The notes under the pieces were generated by a model, which saw only the letters and a list, made by a program, of their open reading frames with translations, did not search any database and was not told the DNA's origin. Below, piece after piece: positions 35,719 to 49,238 of a DNA stretch of 64,000 bases. This DNA is from Podarcis tiliguerta (lineage: Eukaryota), in NCBI GenBank assembly GCA_965153285.1, contig OZ229112.1, one strand, 5' to 3'. Position 1 is the first letter of the stretch. The number at the start of each line of letters is the position of its first letter. Position numbers and translations under genes: made by a program.

Positions 35719-38700
35719 AGTAGTAAAGCAGCAAAATAGTTTGCAAAAATAATTAAATAATAAAACATCAGATTGTAATAAATGTTCTGTCTTCTATAAT
35801 CTCTTTTGCATTTTGCTTGAAAAATATAATTAGTGGAGCTCATTCCCACCTCCTCCAGTGGTGTATTTAGCAAACTGTGTCTGCTTGGTTCCTTCCTACC
35901 AGCCCATGGTGGGTACAAAGCACAAACCTTGGTTTAGCATTGCATACAAACTGGGGACCTTGGTTTGTTTTGCTCAAACCACTAAGCCAGGAACAAACTA
36001 CCAAAACATGCAAATACTGCCGTTGTGTCTCTCCTGCTGGCCCAACTGAGCTCATGACTTATCCAAACTCACCCAGTCCATTCTTTGAGGAGCCAGGATT
36101 GGCCCTGGAACCAAGCCGAAAGCTCTGTCCCATAGATTAAACTTCCTCTTGATGTTTATTCATTTCTGACCAGCAGTATTTATCCTGAAAAATCACCTGG
36201 AACCTTAGCGCAAGTGCTGTTTGTACAGATCTATTTACATTGATTTGAAGAGAAGGACATGTTCCTAACGATAAAACTTAGAAAACAGTACATGCAGGTA
36301 CGTGAACTAGCATCTTGAGAGACAGTATACATCCAGTTACTAGATGCAAGAGAATGGCCATATCTGCTTTGTTTAATTTATAGCTGCTTTGTTTAATTTA
36401 TTAAACATTTTAAACAGATAAATAAACTGAAAATTAATTGGGCAGCAAAATTTAAATATATATTCTTTTCAATACAAATTCATATAAAATCTTGTTAAAA
36501 GAGGTATTCTTCCTTTTCTCACACAAGGGGGCTGGATGCTTCTTACAAGTTGATGCCTGCTAGGAAACACATGTGCATTCTTTTTTTAAAAAAAAGCCAA
36601 ACAAACAATGTTGCTTCAGAAATTCTGCAAAATTTAGTTGATTGATCATTTAACTAAAACTCATATGATTTATTGATCAGGTTGCAACGTAGTTCCTAAC
36701 CTGGCTTCCTGCCTTACCTCTGTGCTCCCAGAGACATCTGGATGGAAACAGAATGCTGGACTTTGATCCAATCAAACAAGATAGCTCTTAATCCCTTTCA
36801 GTCAGCTGCCTTTGTCCATTTCTGCTTGCCACTAGATGTTCACATTGGAAATCTTAAAATTGGTTTCCTTTTGCAGTTGCGTGGACTTGTGGCATAAGTT
36901 TTGTACAATTACATAAAATACCCCTTTAAAAAAAAAAAACCTAAACAGGACAATCTGTTATTAGACAAGGAAACAGCACACAAGAAAAAAATGTAGCAAA
37001 GTGATAAGGAAGCTATCCGTATAAATAAATAATTAAAAACCATTATTGCAAGGATCTGTGATCCCACCATATGTAGCTCAGTCACAGTGGTGTTCCTTTA
37101 TCCTTCCATAAAACATCGGTTAAAAAAGGCAATTAAAAGCAAGATTACAGTCCTGTCCTTTCTGGCAATGGCTGATCATGTTGAAATTTGGGGTTGTGTG
37201 TTGCTCCCTGCCCAGCTCAGCATTGTAAATTTTACTTCCCCATGTTTGGTCGGAAGTTGTCAGAGATCATGTTGAAGACCCAAATACCGGTACTTGTCAC
37301 AGTGTACATCCAGACCTGGTTTTTTTTTTATGGTGAGAGATTAAAGCAGCACACCTATTCCCCCTCCCTCCAAAAACCAAGGTGGTTTTCTCAGCAGCAA
37401 GGGATTTCCTATTCTTCTCCCCTACTCTGCATCTTGTAGAGACTTTGTACAGCCCTGTTTTCATTTGCAAGGGGGACAGGGAACAAGTAAAAGTTGGTTG
37501 AACGTGGTGTTTCATAAGCAGTAAACTTGCACTAACAGCTGAGAAAGGTAAATAAATGAATTTGATGTTAAACATTCAATTCAAAAATACTGTGTGTATA
37601 GTTAAGTAAGAAATCGAATGGCAATGACTGAAATACAGAATTTGGCATTTAGTGTTTACATGGCAGTGGGGTTAGAGAGAGGCTATTGACGGAAAGCAGT
37701 GTGATGTGACGTGAATGACAAAAGGCGGGTTGCTGAGGGAAGCAGAGCTGCAGAACAGGATATTCCACATCTACCAGGCAGAGGTTGATCTGGAAGAAAG
37801 CCAGAAGTGGTTTGTGAAAGCAACAATAGCTCAAGGTGGTCTTGCAGAAAGGCAGAAGACTAAGGATGTTATTAACACCAGTGAAGGCTCCTTTGCTGTT
37901 TAACGTTGGGTACTAGAACAGCAAGATAATAAACTTGCCATGCCACGTCTACTGTGCCTCATTTGCAGTAATAAATATTCAGGGCAACTTCCTCAAACTA
38001 AAAATGTTGCAGGAGCTTTCCGTTCAGATCATGGGAGCATTTCGATGATCCAGCACAACAGTAACTAGGAAATTAGAGGGAAATGTCTTCGAAAACAAGG
38101 TTGGTTGTGAAAGAAGTAGCTCCCGGGGGTGTTAATGGTAAGAATTTAATATTGTGCCTTGTGGACCTGAAGTTGTGTTGTGGCGTGTTATATTTTTTTA
38201 AAAGATGTTGGGGGGGGGAGAGAGAATCACACAGTCTTTTCCATAGTATAATAATCATGCAGCGAAGCAAATATGAGTAATATTTTTTGTATATTTAAAG
38301 TGAGATTTTGGTGTACATGTTGTGGTTTATTTGCATTTCATGACTGGAAAGTATATGCTAAGACATGTGGACATAATACTGGGTTGTGAGTTTTGTTTCC
38401 CCTTTAGGGTTGGATTTGGGGGAGTGGGCACTCTTGAGTAGCTGCCAGAATGCACACTTTGCTTTACATGTTTGTATGTATGTTGTATCCATGAGTGAGC
38501 ATGTATTGAGCGCACTTCTCCTCTTGTCATTTGCTTGAGCGTCTTACCCCACTATTTTTATTCCTTTGTACTAGGGATATGGAAACTGTGGCCCTTTAGA
38601 TGTTGTTGGCCATGTTGGCTGGGACTAATGGGAGTTGGAATCTAACAACAGCTGAGAATGGGGCACTGGTAGTCAATCCTCCTCCATATATGGTTTGCTC

Positions 38701-38829
38701 ACCACAATTTATAAAAAAATATGGCATAATTACTTATGACACGCCTTCAGGCCATACCTGCAAGCTTTTGGGGGTCGGTCATTTGAGATTCCTTAGCAGA
38801 GCTAAGAAACTATTGTGGGTAATGCACCA

Positions 38830-38911
38830 CTAAGTCATACTCAGAGTAGAGCCATAACTTTAGTAATTTATGGTCATTGGTTTCAGTGGGTCTACTCTGA
38901 GTATGACTTAG
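38830..38911. repeat. Short palindromic repeat element (perfect 21-bp inverted repeat)
   Basis: CTAAGTCATACTCAGAGTAGA at 38830-38850 / TCTACTCTGAGTATGACTTAG at 38891-38911. Confidence 0.9.
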
Positions 38912-39972
38912 AGGGATATCGTTTTCTGTTTCTCAGGCACATTTTGTCATACCAGATGTGTCCAATAGCTTAGAGTTTCTTGGTAAAGGCTTGAAGTGCC
39001 CAATAAGGCTACATAAATAAATCAACCCTGTGATCTTATGAAAGATTACATCCCTTTAGCAAACGGTTAAAGTTCATGTTTATTCTAACTGAAATAATTG
39101 AACAATACATAAACATATACTCTCCTGCATGTGAATTAATAGATAAGCAATGATTATTGTAATTCAGCCTTTAACAAATTTGTGCCCTCCAGTTTTGGGG
39201 GGTTGATGGGAGTTAAAGTCTAAAATGGGTGGAGACCCTTGTGACGTGCAGGCCAGTCTTGGTCCACAAGGCCATTTCCCTGTCAGTGGGTGACATCTCC
39301 TGATGGGTGGTGTTCAAATTTGCTGGGGGCTGCTTCATCAGCACAACCCCTGCAGAGAACACACTGGTGAAGCAGACCCCTGCATAAAGCAGATTGGCCC
39401 ATCAACTCGTGAGCAGAGTGTTTGATCTTGCTTGGTGCTGCTTCACCAACACTTACCTGGGGGAAATGCGCTGACCAAGCTGCCGTCCACCCAGGCCAAA
39501 ATGTTTCCCCATCCCTGGGCTACAGTTTCAGGAGAGCACATCCACACCATGGAGTCAATGGATCAAGCCTGCTTCTCCATGAACTCTTGAGAATTGTAGT
39601 TCTGTGAGAGGGGTTAGGAGTCTCGTCACAATTCCCAGCACCTTTAACAAATTAGAGTTCCCAGGATTCTTTGGGCCAAACCATAACTGTTACAGTGGCA
39701 GAAAACAACATAAATGTATAGTGTGGATGTGACCTGACAACTCAACATTTTGTGGCTACTGAATATTCTCAGTCCACGCTGGATGGTTTTGGTGGTGTGT
39801 CCCGCAATTAGTCCATTGCCTGCATTTTGGCTTATGTGAGAATGAGTCTGGGGGCAAAGCCAAGAATTCTGGCCCTTCTGCCTTTGTTTCACTTAAAGAT
39901 AGTTGCTAGCCAGAGTTGTGGGGATTTTTTTTTACATTAACACTTTTTAATGTGCATCACTTTTTCTTTTAG

Positions 39973-40169
39973 CACCAATATGCTGCTCTGCTCGCCTCAG
40001 CTTAGCGGTCTGGGCCTTCTTGGGATTCTTTCTCTTATATGCACTTCGTGTCAATTTAAGTGTTGCCCTGGTGGACATGGTAGAATCAAATGTAAGCTTG
40101 ACCAAAAATACTTCTTCAAATGTGTGCAAAGAACATTCTTCTACCCCAGTTGTTCCTCGTAACACTACG
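39973..40169 (+). CDS. SLC17A5: SLC17A5 exon 2 ([11 protein letters not shown]...[15 protein letters not shown]...PRNTT)
   Basis: 197 nt, ttttag|/|gtaagt. Confidence 0.97.
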
Positions 40170-41485
40170 GTAAGTTTTACCAGATCTACTTTTGAGAATG
40201 CGAACTGTCTTAAAGGGTATGTGTATTAAATTATTATCTCTTCAAGAATCGGCGGAATGCCAGTATTGGTGGGGGTGAATAAAGGGTTGTATCCAACTAA
40301 GTTCTACTTAGAGTAAACCAAATGGATGGTGTCCACAATGAGCCCACTCTACTAATTTCAAAGAGTATGACTAACAGTGGGCACAACCTAAATACTCTTG
40401 CAGTGTAATCTGAGGCATTTACTCAGAAGTAAATCCAGGTGATTTTTAATAGGTTTTACTCCCAGTTAGGTAGGTATAGGATTTCAGCCTCACCTTGGAC
40501 TAAGCCTGATTTAGTAAGACCCATTGAAATCATACTCCTACATTCTGAATAAACATGCAAAGGATTGTGCAGAATATTAAATCAGCACCCCCTTGTGAAA
40601 TTATCCAAGGGATCTTTAAAAGCAGTTATGCTCAGAGGACTATATCTTATCTCTCAGCATTCTTTTGCATGATCTGTGCCTTCAAATAGCCTTTGAAGTT
40701 CTTCCTATCACAGAGATTCTGCTCAGATGATGCCACTATTTTATCTGCATCAATCAATCTGAACTCTGATTCTTTACATAGGGTTGCTATACATCCGGAA
40801 TTTCCCGGAAATTGCTGGGGTTTGGCCACTGGAATCGGTGTCTGTCTGGGCGGAAATCGCTATAATGTCCAGGCATGTGGCAACCCTTGTCAGAAGTGTA
40901 GGTTTTGGTGAATTTTCTTGAAAATAGCTTAAAAACATCTCTCCCCCCCCCCCCCGCAAGGCTCAACTTTTGTGTCCAGAATTTCACTTTTCAAAATACG
41001 GCTACCCTACCTTACAGTAATTCTTGTAGGGGTGTGTTTGTTTAAGGCAAGTAACATTCAGTCCTCATCAAATCCCTTTATAGATTTTTGCTGCCTCCAT
41101 TCTGCTTCCAGATTCACATGTACACTGCAGAATCACTCCCTTCCTGTGTGATGTGATGGATGCTACTGTTCTGAAAATAAAAAGATAACACCCTGGAACC
41201 TAGGATAATGCCCTGACAACCCTAGAGAACTGCTGTCAGTCAGTGTAGACGATAATGACCTAGATAGACCAATGGTTTGACTTGTCTTAAGGTGGCTTCC
41301 AGTGTTCCACATAGTACAGGCCAACCTGGACTGCACCACAATAATGTAAATGAGGTAAATATGTCACCGATATGTGTGCAGTGTTGCTGGATGGGGAGCA
41401 TGCAGTCCTTTGTTGTATCTTCCTGTGATGCAAGTGATGGGGTGGAAACCAGACCTTCATGTCTTTTTCTCCCCCTCCCTTTCAG

Positions 41486-41719
41486 GGGAAAAAGTATCCA
41501 TGGGATGCAAATACTCAAGGCTGGATCCTTGGTTCCTTCTTCTATGGCTACATCATTACACAGGTTCCTGGTGGATATCTTGCCCGCCAGTTTGGCGGAA
41601 AGAAGCTGTTGGGGTTTGGCATCCTGGGCACTGCCATTTTCACCTTGTTCACACCTTTGGCAGCAGATTTGGGAGTCGGGTACCTCATAGCTGTCAGAGC
41701 GTTGGAAGGCCTGGGTGAG
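41486..41719 (+). CDS. SLC17A5: SLC17A5 exon 3 ([22 protein letters not shown]...RALEGLGE)
   Basis: 234 nt, ttcag|/|gtaatc. Confidence 0.98.
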
Positions 41720-43324
41720 GTAATCTCTCCTTCTTCGCCCCCTTTAATTGTTGTTGTTGTTATTGTTGTTGTTAAGAGTTTCAAAACAATTACTTTGTAA
41801 GAACATTAACAATCGCCTGTAATGTTGATAAATTACATTAGGTCAGCCTTTTCCAGCTTGGCATCTTCCAGATGCTTCATGTCTTCAACTCCAGTCAATC
41901 CTAGCTCTAGCCGGGCAATGCCCAGATGTGAATGGAGTCCAAAACACCTGGAAGGCACCAAGTTGGGATCAACAGCTCCGCAGGGATCTGGTTGGGGACT
42001 TTGCAAATAGGGTGCTGGACTAGATGGGACCTTCGTCTGATCTAGCTGGGCTCTGCTCATGTTCTTAATAGCACTTTTCTCACTTGGGTTTTCCATTGCT
42101 GCCGCTTCAGTTATAGTTCCACTGGCTTCTTGCGTGCTCTTATATTTTCCCCCAGCAAATAGACAGATGGGCATGAATCTGAGAATTGAGGGTTCCTTTT
42201 CTCCTTCCCAGTTTTCCTTACACCCACCTTACAATGAACATGTCTTCTATGACTTCATTGTGAGGACGAGCATATTGTTAAGATCATAGAGCACCACATT
42301 AATGGGAAATGGTATATTAAGGGCTACGGGAGAAGCTGATATGAAAGGTATGTCGTTCCTCTGTGGCTGTGGAACTGATCAAATGGCATCTGCAGAGCTT
42401 GAATAGAGGGGAAGGAAGTAGGAAGTTGTGCCAGGATGGGTGGACCTGGCACTTAACTGAAATTTGTTATGTAAAATGTCTGCTGCATGCTTCCTTAAAC
42501 AGTTGTGTATAAGCTGGGTTAAAAAATAAAATCAATTTTTGCACCAAAAACCTGAATCCTGCAACTGTATAAATTATGCAAGTTGAGCAGTTTTCCCTAA
42601 TTTCTCTGACTATACATCATTTACTCTGCAATTTTTGTTGTTTTTATTTCTGTCCCATCATTGTGAGAGGCAAAGAACTTCATAGGACAGCTTCATTTAA
42701 AAGGGAGGAAATGCGGAAAAGAATATTTTCAGGAAGCTGAATTTTCCACCCATTGCCACATTCTGTGCTCTTGCAGAATTGCAACATAAATCCAGCCCTT
42801 CCCTTAGCTCCCTGGGTTTAATGTGATGCTTTAATATGCTTGTGACCTCTTTGAAACTTAATTGTTCATGAACATTTTTATTCAAAGTTCACATAGTTTT
42901 GATTAGATTTCTGGTTTAATTTAGGGGAGTCTGGTTGTTGTTTCTTAACCTGGTCTGTCTGCAGAATGAGGTCTCTTCCCTGCCATGCTGTCCGGCCTCC
43001 TTTGCATGTTGGCATTTAATAATCCAAACTGAGGGAAAACCACCACTTCAAAATATTTGTGCTGCTGTTTCTATGCAGAAACCAAAAGTTCAGCATAATT
43101 GTTATGTCCACAAAGCATATTCAGCTGAAGAATTGAGGCAGGCAAGGAATTAGTTCTGCTTAATTGCCCAGGAGCTATGTGCATTTTGTTCAGAAAATAG
43201 CTTCGTACTAAGGCAACTGGTACTTTCTCCAGGCTACATTGGAGATGTTTTATTGAAGTGAATCTTGGCCAAATCATTTTACTCTTGAAAGATATGCTGT
43301 ACTATAAACAAATGTGTTTTCCAG

Positions 43325-43412
43325 GGTGTCACCTTTCCTGCCATGCATGCCATGTGGTCCTGTTGGGCTCCTCCACTGGAACGCAGTAAACTTCTTAGTA
43401 TTTCATATGCAG
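43325..43412 (+). CDS. SLC17A5: SLC17A5 exon 4 ([29 protein letters not shown])
   Basis: 88 nt, ccag|/|gtgaga. Confidence 0.98.
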
Positions 43413-43754
43413 GTGAGATGCTTTAAAAATGCTCAAGTCTAGCCAATGAAGATGCAGCACTAATCTCTTTCAACTGTGGTATAATGGTTGGGAACAGGCC
43501 ACAGGATTATGCATTCCATTTCTGCTCCCACCCCCATACTCCTGCAGCTACCCATTAAGCATGGTTCATTGATGTGCATGCCTTGCCACAAAACAATGTT
43601 TATCCCTAACCTAGGTGTATTTAAAGCCTAGCATTTTCAATCCTTGAGAAGTCTATGTACTTGGACAGACAGGGTGACTGGGACAACCCAGCCAGATGGG
43701 CGGGGTAAAAATAATGAAATGATTATTATTTTAAAATAAAACTTTAATTTCTAG

Positions 43755-43841
43755 GTGCACAGCTAGGAACTGTTGTGTCTCTTCCATTGTCTGGCTTGAT
43801 CTGTTTTTATATGAATTGGATTTATGTGTTCTACATATTTG
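43755..43841 (+). CDS. SLC17A5: SLC17A5 exon 5 ([29 protein letters not shown])
   Basis: 87 nt, ctag|/|gtaagt. Confidence 0.97.
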
Positions 43842-44553
43842 GTAAGTGTTTTCACTGTAAATGCCGTTCAGTTGAGTAAAGATTGTATTTTTTTTAATTA
43901 TTCATTTTAAAATATACAAAACAAAATAGCAATGAGCAAACTTTCTCAACCTCCCCTCCTCATACAACTAATTGCCAGTCTTAAGGTGTGAATTGGGTTA
44001 CTCTCTTTTCTCTCTCTCCATCTTTTTAATAATTATATATAACTTTTAAATATGGTTCAGGAGAATCCAGTGGTACTCCAATTTGGCATAGGTACAATTA
44101 GGATACCCCAAATCCTAAGGATGATGTGTGTTTTTAAAAAAAAAAAACAGCTGGAAGATTGTTTTTTAGTCCTGTGTCATTGTAAAGCTTTTTGTGTGTA
44201 TTTCTAGAACACTTTGTGCCTGATCATTGTAAATAAATGCCTAAAATACTTCCCCAGCTATTTTGTCTGTCACACCCTGGGGAATGTCATAATCTGATGA
44301 CATTTTTCTGTTAAGCTTATATATGCATGTGTGTCAAGAAATGTGATCTACAGACTGCCCACTAAGAATTTCTGTCTATGGGAGAGTTTGTTCGTTTTCA
44401 GCAACCCAATTCTCTCGCTTAAATAGTCCCATTGTGCGAAACATCTCTGATTAATTTTGTTTCGTATCACACCCACGGCCACCTCATCTATGCCTTCTTT
44501 AGCTACAGGAAGCTGACAAATCTAGAAGTTTTTATGCATTTGATGTATCCTTA

Positions 44554-44887
44554 GCGCAGGTGGTGCTGTGGGTTAAACCACAGAGCCTAGGACTTGCCGA
44601 TCAGAAGGTCTGCGGTTCGAATCCCCGTTGCTCAGTCCCTGCTCCTGCCAACCTAGCAGTTCGAAAGCACATCAAAGTGCAAGTAGATAAATAGGCACCA
44701 CTCCAGTGGGAAGGTAAACGGCATTTCCGTGTGCGGCTCTGGTTCGCCAGAAGCGGTGTAGTCATGCTGGCCACATGACCCGGAAGCTGTACGCCGGCTC
44801 CCTCGGACAGTAAAGCGAGATGAGTGCCGCAACCCCAGAGTCGGCCATGACTGGACCTAATGGTCAGGGGTCCCTTTACCTTTACCT
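44554..44887 (+). mobile_element. Sauria SINE (Squam1)
   Basis: tRNA-like head (ggtggtgctgtgggttaaacc...ggttcgaatccc), body gtgcaagtagataaatagg, tail ggtcaggggtccc(tttacc)n. Confidence 0.9.
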
Positions 44888-45407
44888 AGCAGACAACGGC
44901 AATTGGTACACATGGCTTCACATTTAAGTGATCCTCTGGATATGCCCACACACATTTGCTATGTTGGAACGATCTCTTTCATTTACCTTTGAGGGTGGGG
45001 TTGGCTGGTTGCTACATACCTGTGGGATCCACAGGTAGCTCTGGCTTGAGAGACATTTCATGGTGATCTTCAGATGCTCTGCAATAGCAGCTGGCAAGGC
45101 ACTGTGGGTGGGACAGCCCTGTTCTTCCAAGTTTCTCAGCACCAAACATCACTATAACTTGCCGAGAGGAGAGAGGGGGGTAAAGGAGTGTCAGATTGGC
45201 TCTGCCGCCATGTCCACAGTGTGCTGAGCTGCCCACTGTCTTGCCCCCTGCCCCTCTTTCTCCTGGTAAGGGGCAGTAATATGAGATATTGGGAAGCCAA
45301 GCGAGAGCAACACAGCACCACCCTGGTGGGTTGTAGCAGTGCTTGCAAATTTAAAGTCTCATGGCTGCCATTTCCTTGACCATAAGCGTTGTTGTTTTCA
45401 CTTTAAG

Positions 45408-45526
45408 GTGCCCTAGGTGTGCTGTGGTTCATCTTCTGGATGTTGATAGTTAGCGACACACCAGAAACACACAAGAGAATTTCTCATGCAGAAAAGGAAT
45501 ACATCCTCTCCTCCCTTACAGATCAG
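45408..45526 (+). CDS. SLC17A5: SLC17A5 exon 6 ([11 protein letters not shown]...[12 protein letters not shown])
   Basis: 119 nt, taag|/|gtgcgt. Confidence 0.95.
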
Positions 45527-46180
45527 GTGCGTACTTTTTGGTCAAGCCTTTGCTCATTTCTGTTGAAGTACTGGGGTAATATACATCCACTATCGTATTT
45601 AAAGGACAAAGAGGTCCTTGTAAAAATGCTTTTAAAGCTCAGTAACATTTTGTTGTTTTATAAGATTTTTTATCTGTCCTTTGCCGTAAGGTCCCAAGGC
45701 GGGATACATCAATAAAACATGCAATTATAATTAGAACCGTTGCAATTATAAGTGCATAAAACAGATGGAACAGAACTGTATAAAAGAGGTGGTTCCAGCA
45801 GACGAAAAAGCCAGCTAAAAAGAACATTTGGGTGAGAAAGGGAACAAGAATGCCCAGCAGCAGAATCCCTGAAAATTCACCACTCAGACAAATGTTTTGT
45901 CTTCCTAATGTTAAACAGAAGTTCACCCATGCTGTGCACCTACCGTGGTTAAGTGTGGGTATACCTGCATGCAGTAGGTAAGGGACTGAAGGAGGAACAT
46001 GAATCTCATAGCTTGTTCCTGATCTCCTTAAGCGTCTGCATTAAGGGATCTACCATTAGGCTTAAGAGTGCAGACTGGCAGGAACAAGCTCTTTTGGAAA
46101 AATCCTCTTTGAGGTTTTAAGATGTGTGATTCAATTTTTTTTAAAAGAACATCTATGTGAATTTAATTCCTTCTCTTTAG

Positions 46181-46339
46181 CTTTCTACTCAGAAATCCAT
46201 CCCTTGGGGAGCCATACTGACGTCGCTTCCACTCTGGGCTATCGTTGTAGCACACTTTTCTTATAACTGGACTTTCTACACACTCCTTACCCTATTGCCT
46301 ACTTACATGAAGGAAATTCTGAGGTTTGATGTGCAGGAG
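46181..46339 (+). CDS. SLC17A5: SLC17A5 exon 7 ([36 protein letters not shown]...RFDVQE)
   Basis: 159 nt, tttag|/|gtaaga. Confidence 0.98.
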
Positions 46340-46549
46340 GTAAGATACCCTGGGTTCTCCAGTTACAAAACTTACCCTGAAGTGACTTAGGCTAGATCAT
46401 AAACTTGGCTTTCAGTAGGAATTACAAAGACAGTCAGAACCTAAGCACCCATTGGGGCGAAGCTACAGAAATAGCCTTCTGACCGTGAGGTATGGGCTGC
46501 ACAGGGTCATTCAATTACAGCACAACCCTACATAGGTCTACTCGCATGC

Positions 46550-46628
46550 AAGTAATAATAATAATAATAATAATTTATTTATACCCCGCCCATCTAGCTG
46601 GGTTTCCCCAGCCACTCTGGGCGGCTTC
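46550..46628 (-). mobile_element. L2 3'-tail fragment with (AAT)n (continues at 47059-47085)
   Basis: Near-identical to the tail at about 12790-12840 (tttataccccgcccatct...ccccagccactctgggc). Confidence 0.8.
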
Positions 46629-47053
46629 TGTCAGGGAAGAGTTAGAAGTTTCCAGTTTATCAGAGGGAGAAAGCATTCCCCAAGGGGGGAGGGAGAGCAG
46701 TGAATCTAATAGAAGGGAGCAAGAGGAACAACAGGGAGAGACTGGCTGTTCACAGGAAAGGCAAGGGTTAAGTTCTAGCTCAGATTCGGAGGAGAGGAGA
46801 TACAGGCCAGCTCTAGCCAGGAGGTTAGAAAAAAGAGCGGGAAAACGAAGGGAGAGGCGCCTTCGCCATTTTGAGGGTGGCTGGTCATGGAGAAGCAGAG
46901 CTCAGAAGGTATCTGAAATAAGTGACTCTGAGGAAGAATAGTTAAAGTTAAGAACCGTTTATAAGATTGTTTTGTTAATACGCAATAAAAAGTTTTATAA
47001 AGAACAGAAGCATTTGTGTGGTGATCCGAAGAGGACAACGACCAGTCCTGACA
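46629..47053 (+). mobile_element. Solo LTR (probably Gypsy) inserted into an L2 3' tail
   Basis: TGTCAGG...CCTGACA termini; 5-bp TSD GCTTC (46624-46628 and 47054-47058); internal AATAAA at 46984. The flanks rejoin as the L2 tail ctctgggcggcttccaacag. Confidence 0.85.
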
Positions 47054-49105
47054 GCTTCCAACAGAATATTAAAATACAATAGTCCCATGGAGTCTAATGT
47101 GACTTACTTCTGAGTAGACATGCATAGGCTTTCTCTGTTAGCCTCTTGGCTGAGTGGGAATGCGATCCCAAATCGCTGGTTCATGGCTTATACCACACAC
47201 TGGTATTCAGTATGCGGCCTTGAAGTCAGCTCTGTATGTGGAGTATCTGGCAGTGCTGAGAGATTTTAGGAAGAAGAATATCAAATGGCATCTTTGTCAC
47301 CTGTCACAGGAACACAAGGCCACGTGTTCGTGTTTTTCCTGGGAAATCCATTCTAGTGAGAGAAGGGGAGGCTTTGGGTATCCAACACTTCCCCACCCCC
47401 CTGCAGTCCATAAATAATTCTGTTAATTTAACCAGCAATATTACTTCTGGAAGTGCAGCTCTTAAAACTCCAGCCACTTTTTAGTGAGCATAATGAAATT
47501 TGAACGTGCAACTTAAAAATCAATTTACTATCAGAGGAGAGAGAATTGTCCTTTTTTTCTGTCTCTCTCTCACATTACGGTGCCATCGCTGTTCCCTGTT
47601 TTGCATTTTAAGGTTAATGGCTTAATTAAAAATGTGCTGTTCATTCAAGAGCATTTGCTAAAATTAGGTTGAAGCAGCTGTGAAGAGCAGCCTATCCAAC
47701 TCCTTTACCTTGTGCTTCAATTCTAAAGGTTGCTATGTAAATTCCTTCAGAGCAATTGCAATTTTTTGTTCTGCTGGCTGCACATTTAACAGGCTCTCTG
47801 AGAATGAACACCTGTGACAAACGAATGTGCACCAGAGGGTTCTTTTTCCCGGGAGGAAGGAATTGAAGCTGTTTCTCTGGCTCCTTGTTCCTTTTCCTCC
47901 TGGAACATTCTGCTGCTGTTCTTGGGAGAACCTTCGGATAAGTCGCCCAGTCTGCTGGGTGCTGCATCAAGCTGGGTTCCTTAACCTTGAGCAGAGTTGC
48001 AGAGTGCTTCACTTCAAGTCAGAGTCTGAATCCCCTTTGGTGGGTCTGCTGATTTATAAACATGTCCCCTCAGTGTGTGAGTGAGTGAGTGACACAGATG
48101 CTATGCAGAACATCAGTTCTTCTGATTGCCATGGGCTTTCCTACAGTGGATCTTCAACAGTAATCACACCCTTTGGGTAAAATTTTCCAGAAATTTCAGT
48201 TACAGAGTTGGCTGTTGACTCTTCTCTTCATGAACTGCCTAAAGCACGCTAGCTTTTGTCTGCAAGGTGCATAATTAAATGGAGAAATTCCTGAAGTGTG
48301 AACCAGCCCTTTAAGCATCTCCTTTTAAATCAGATTGATCTGATACCTCAGTGGAAATAGAATTGGTCTTGATATATATAACAAAGAGAGCCAACTTGGT
48401 TCCCCTCCAAATATTGGATGACAGCTCCCATCATCCTGGACCATTGGCCACACTAGCTGGGGCTGATGGGAGTTGGAGTCTACAAACATCTGTAGGCATA
48501 ACATTGGCTCTGTCCTTTTGCTTACCTGAAGGGTTTCTCAGACTCTTTTTTCCAGAATAAGCCACCTTGCCTGAACATGGCTGTTGCAGTTCCTGCTCAC
48601 TGTAAAAAGAATCTAAGCCAAGACGGGTGGACTGACAAGCAGTTCTAGCTGCACTCCAGCCTCAAACCAGGCAGATGTCTTCTCCTTTAACTTGTCTGTT
48701 AACCTCTGGTGTTTCTCTGAAAATAGGTGGAAAGCTGCTGTTGTTAAACCAGATACTCGTGTCTCATAACTCAGGATGTGTTTCCACTGTAGCTTGCAAG
48801 AATTTATCACTTTGCCATATCCTTAGAAAGGAAGTCAGTTTCCTTTATCATAAAATGTGTGACTTGTCGATTATGTTCACTGGTTATCTTACAGTACAGT
48901 ATCCATTAAACACTACAACAAAACAGCTGTTTCAGACAGTACAAAACAGCCTCTAAATAGCTGTCCCCAACCCCATTTGTACTGCTGAAGACATTTATTA
49001 TTTTTATTATTCTGTACTTAGGTATTCATCTTGAAAATAAATAAATATATGCACAAAAACGGTGTTCCCATCCCATCCTAAATCTGGTTTTCTTTTTCTG
49101 TACAG

Positions 49106-49238
49106 AATGGATTTTTATCTGCATTGCCTTATTTTGGCTGCTGGATTTGTATCATTCTATCTGGTCAATTTGCTGATTATTTGCGGGAAAAGCAAAACAT
49201 GCCCACCGTATGTGTTCGCAAAACATTTACCCTGATAG
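49106..49238 (+). CDS. SLC17A5: SLC17A5 exon 8 ([11 protein letters not shown]...VRKTFTLI)
   Basis: 133 nt, acag|/|gtaagg. Confidence 0.97.
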
